A DNA stretch of 63,162 nt, counting the filler, from Octopus bimaculoides (lineage: Eukaryota), in assembly GCF_001194135.2 (NCBI RefSeq). It is 6 parts of 5 records of this genome, joined end to end, with 100 filler letters (N's around TTAATTAATTAA, not from the genome) between each part and the next. Parts side by side here need not be neighbours in the genome. Positions count along the whole stretch, not along the records: positions 60,652 to 63,162 come from NC_068985.1; 5 more parts are not named here. One strand, 5' to 3'. Positions 62,966 to 63,162 of this stretch are shown one piece after another. The first letter of the stretch is position 1. Each line of letters begins with the position of its first letter. The notes under the pieces were generated by a model that was not told the DNA's origin, made no database searches, and saw nothing but the letters and a program-made list of their open reading frames with translations. Both the position numbers and the translations under genes were made by a program.

Positions 62966-63162
62966 CTAGCAGTATAGCCCGGCGTTGCCCGGGATTAAGC
63001 TAGGATTATAAAGTGATCAAGTGCTTTATTTCAAACCAAAATAAGTAACATTGACATCAGATTTGCGCTGAATCCGTTGAAATTGGTTGGCTGAAAATGG
63101 TTTGCTGGCAATTTGATTGTGAAATCCCATAAGGAATCATTTTATTGGTTATTTCCACCCAT
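62966..63162 (-). mobile_element. Helitron 3' end (continues beyond window)
   Basis: Minus strand CCCGGGCAACGCCGGG-CTATACTG-CTAG|T; hairpin identical to 5325-5340. Confidence 0.85.

Overview
AT-rich, repeat-dense animal genomic DNA from a gapped draft assembly (roughly a tenth is N). The microsatellite load and the SINE/LINE repertoire look like an octopus-type cephalopod genome; that is an inference, not a database result. Almost every ORF in the supplied track is a microsatellite or gap artefact. The window is mostly decayed mobile DNA: three tRNA-headed SINE families, RTE-tailed short repeats, CR1/L2-like, RTE, R4/Dong-like (REL) and Penelope-like (RT + GIY-YIG) retroelement relics, four kinds of Tc1/mariner relics, six Helitron pieces (one with RepHel helicase coding sequence) and ORF1/gag-like relics. 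Observations not visible in the ORF track: (1) several minimal type-I hammerhead-ribozyme motifs, two of them in the arms of a 255-bp palindrome at 27138-27392 and one at the 3' end of a Penelope element; (2) phase-compatible small exons of an unidentified minus-strand host gene at about 53.1-56.4 kb, plus candidate plus-strand exons at 49.85-50.12 kb; (3) a CpG-decayed, probably methylated gene-body domain at about 40-59 kb, seen by comparing copies of the same repeats; (4) two SINE-LINE 3'-tail partnerships; (5) R4-like fragments repeatedly sitting in (TAA)n. I found no prokaryote-style system, CRISPR array or intact autonomous element.
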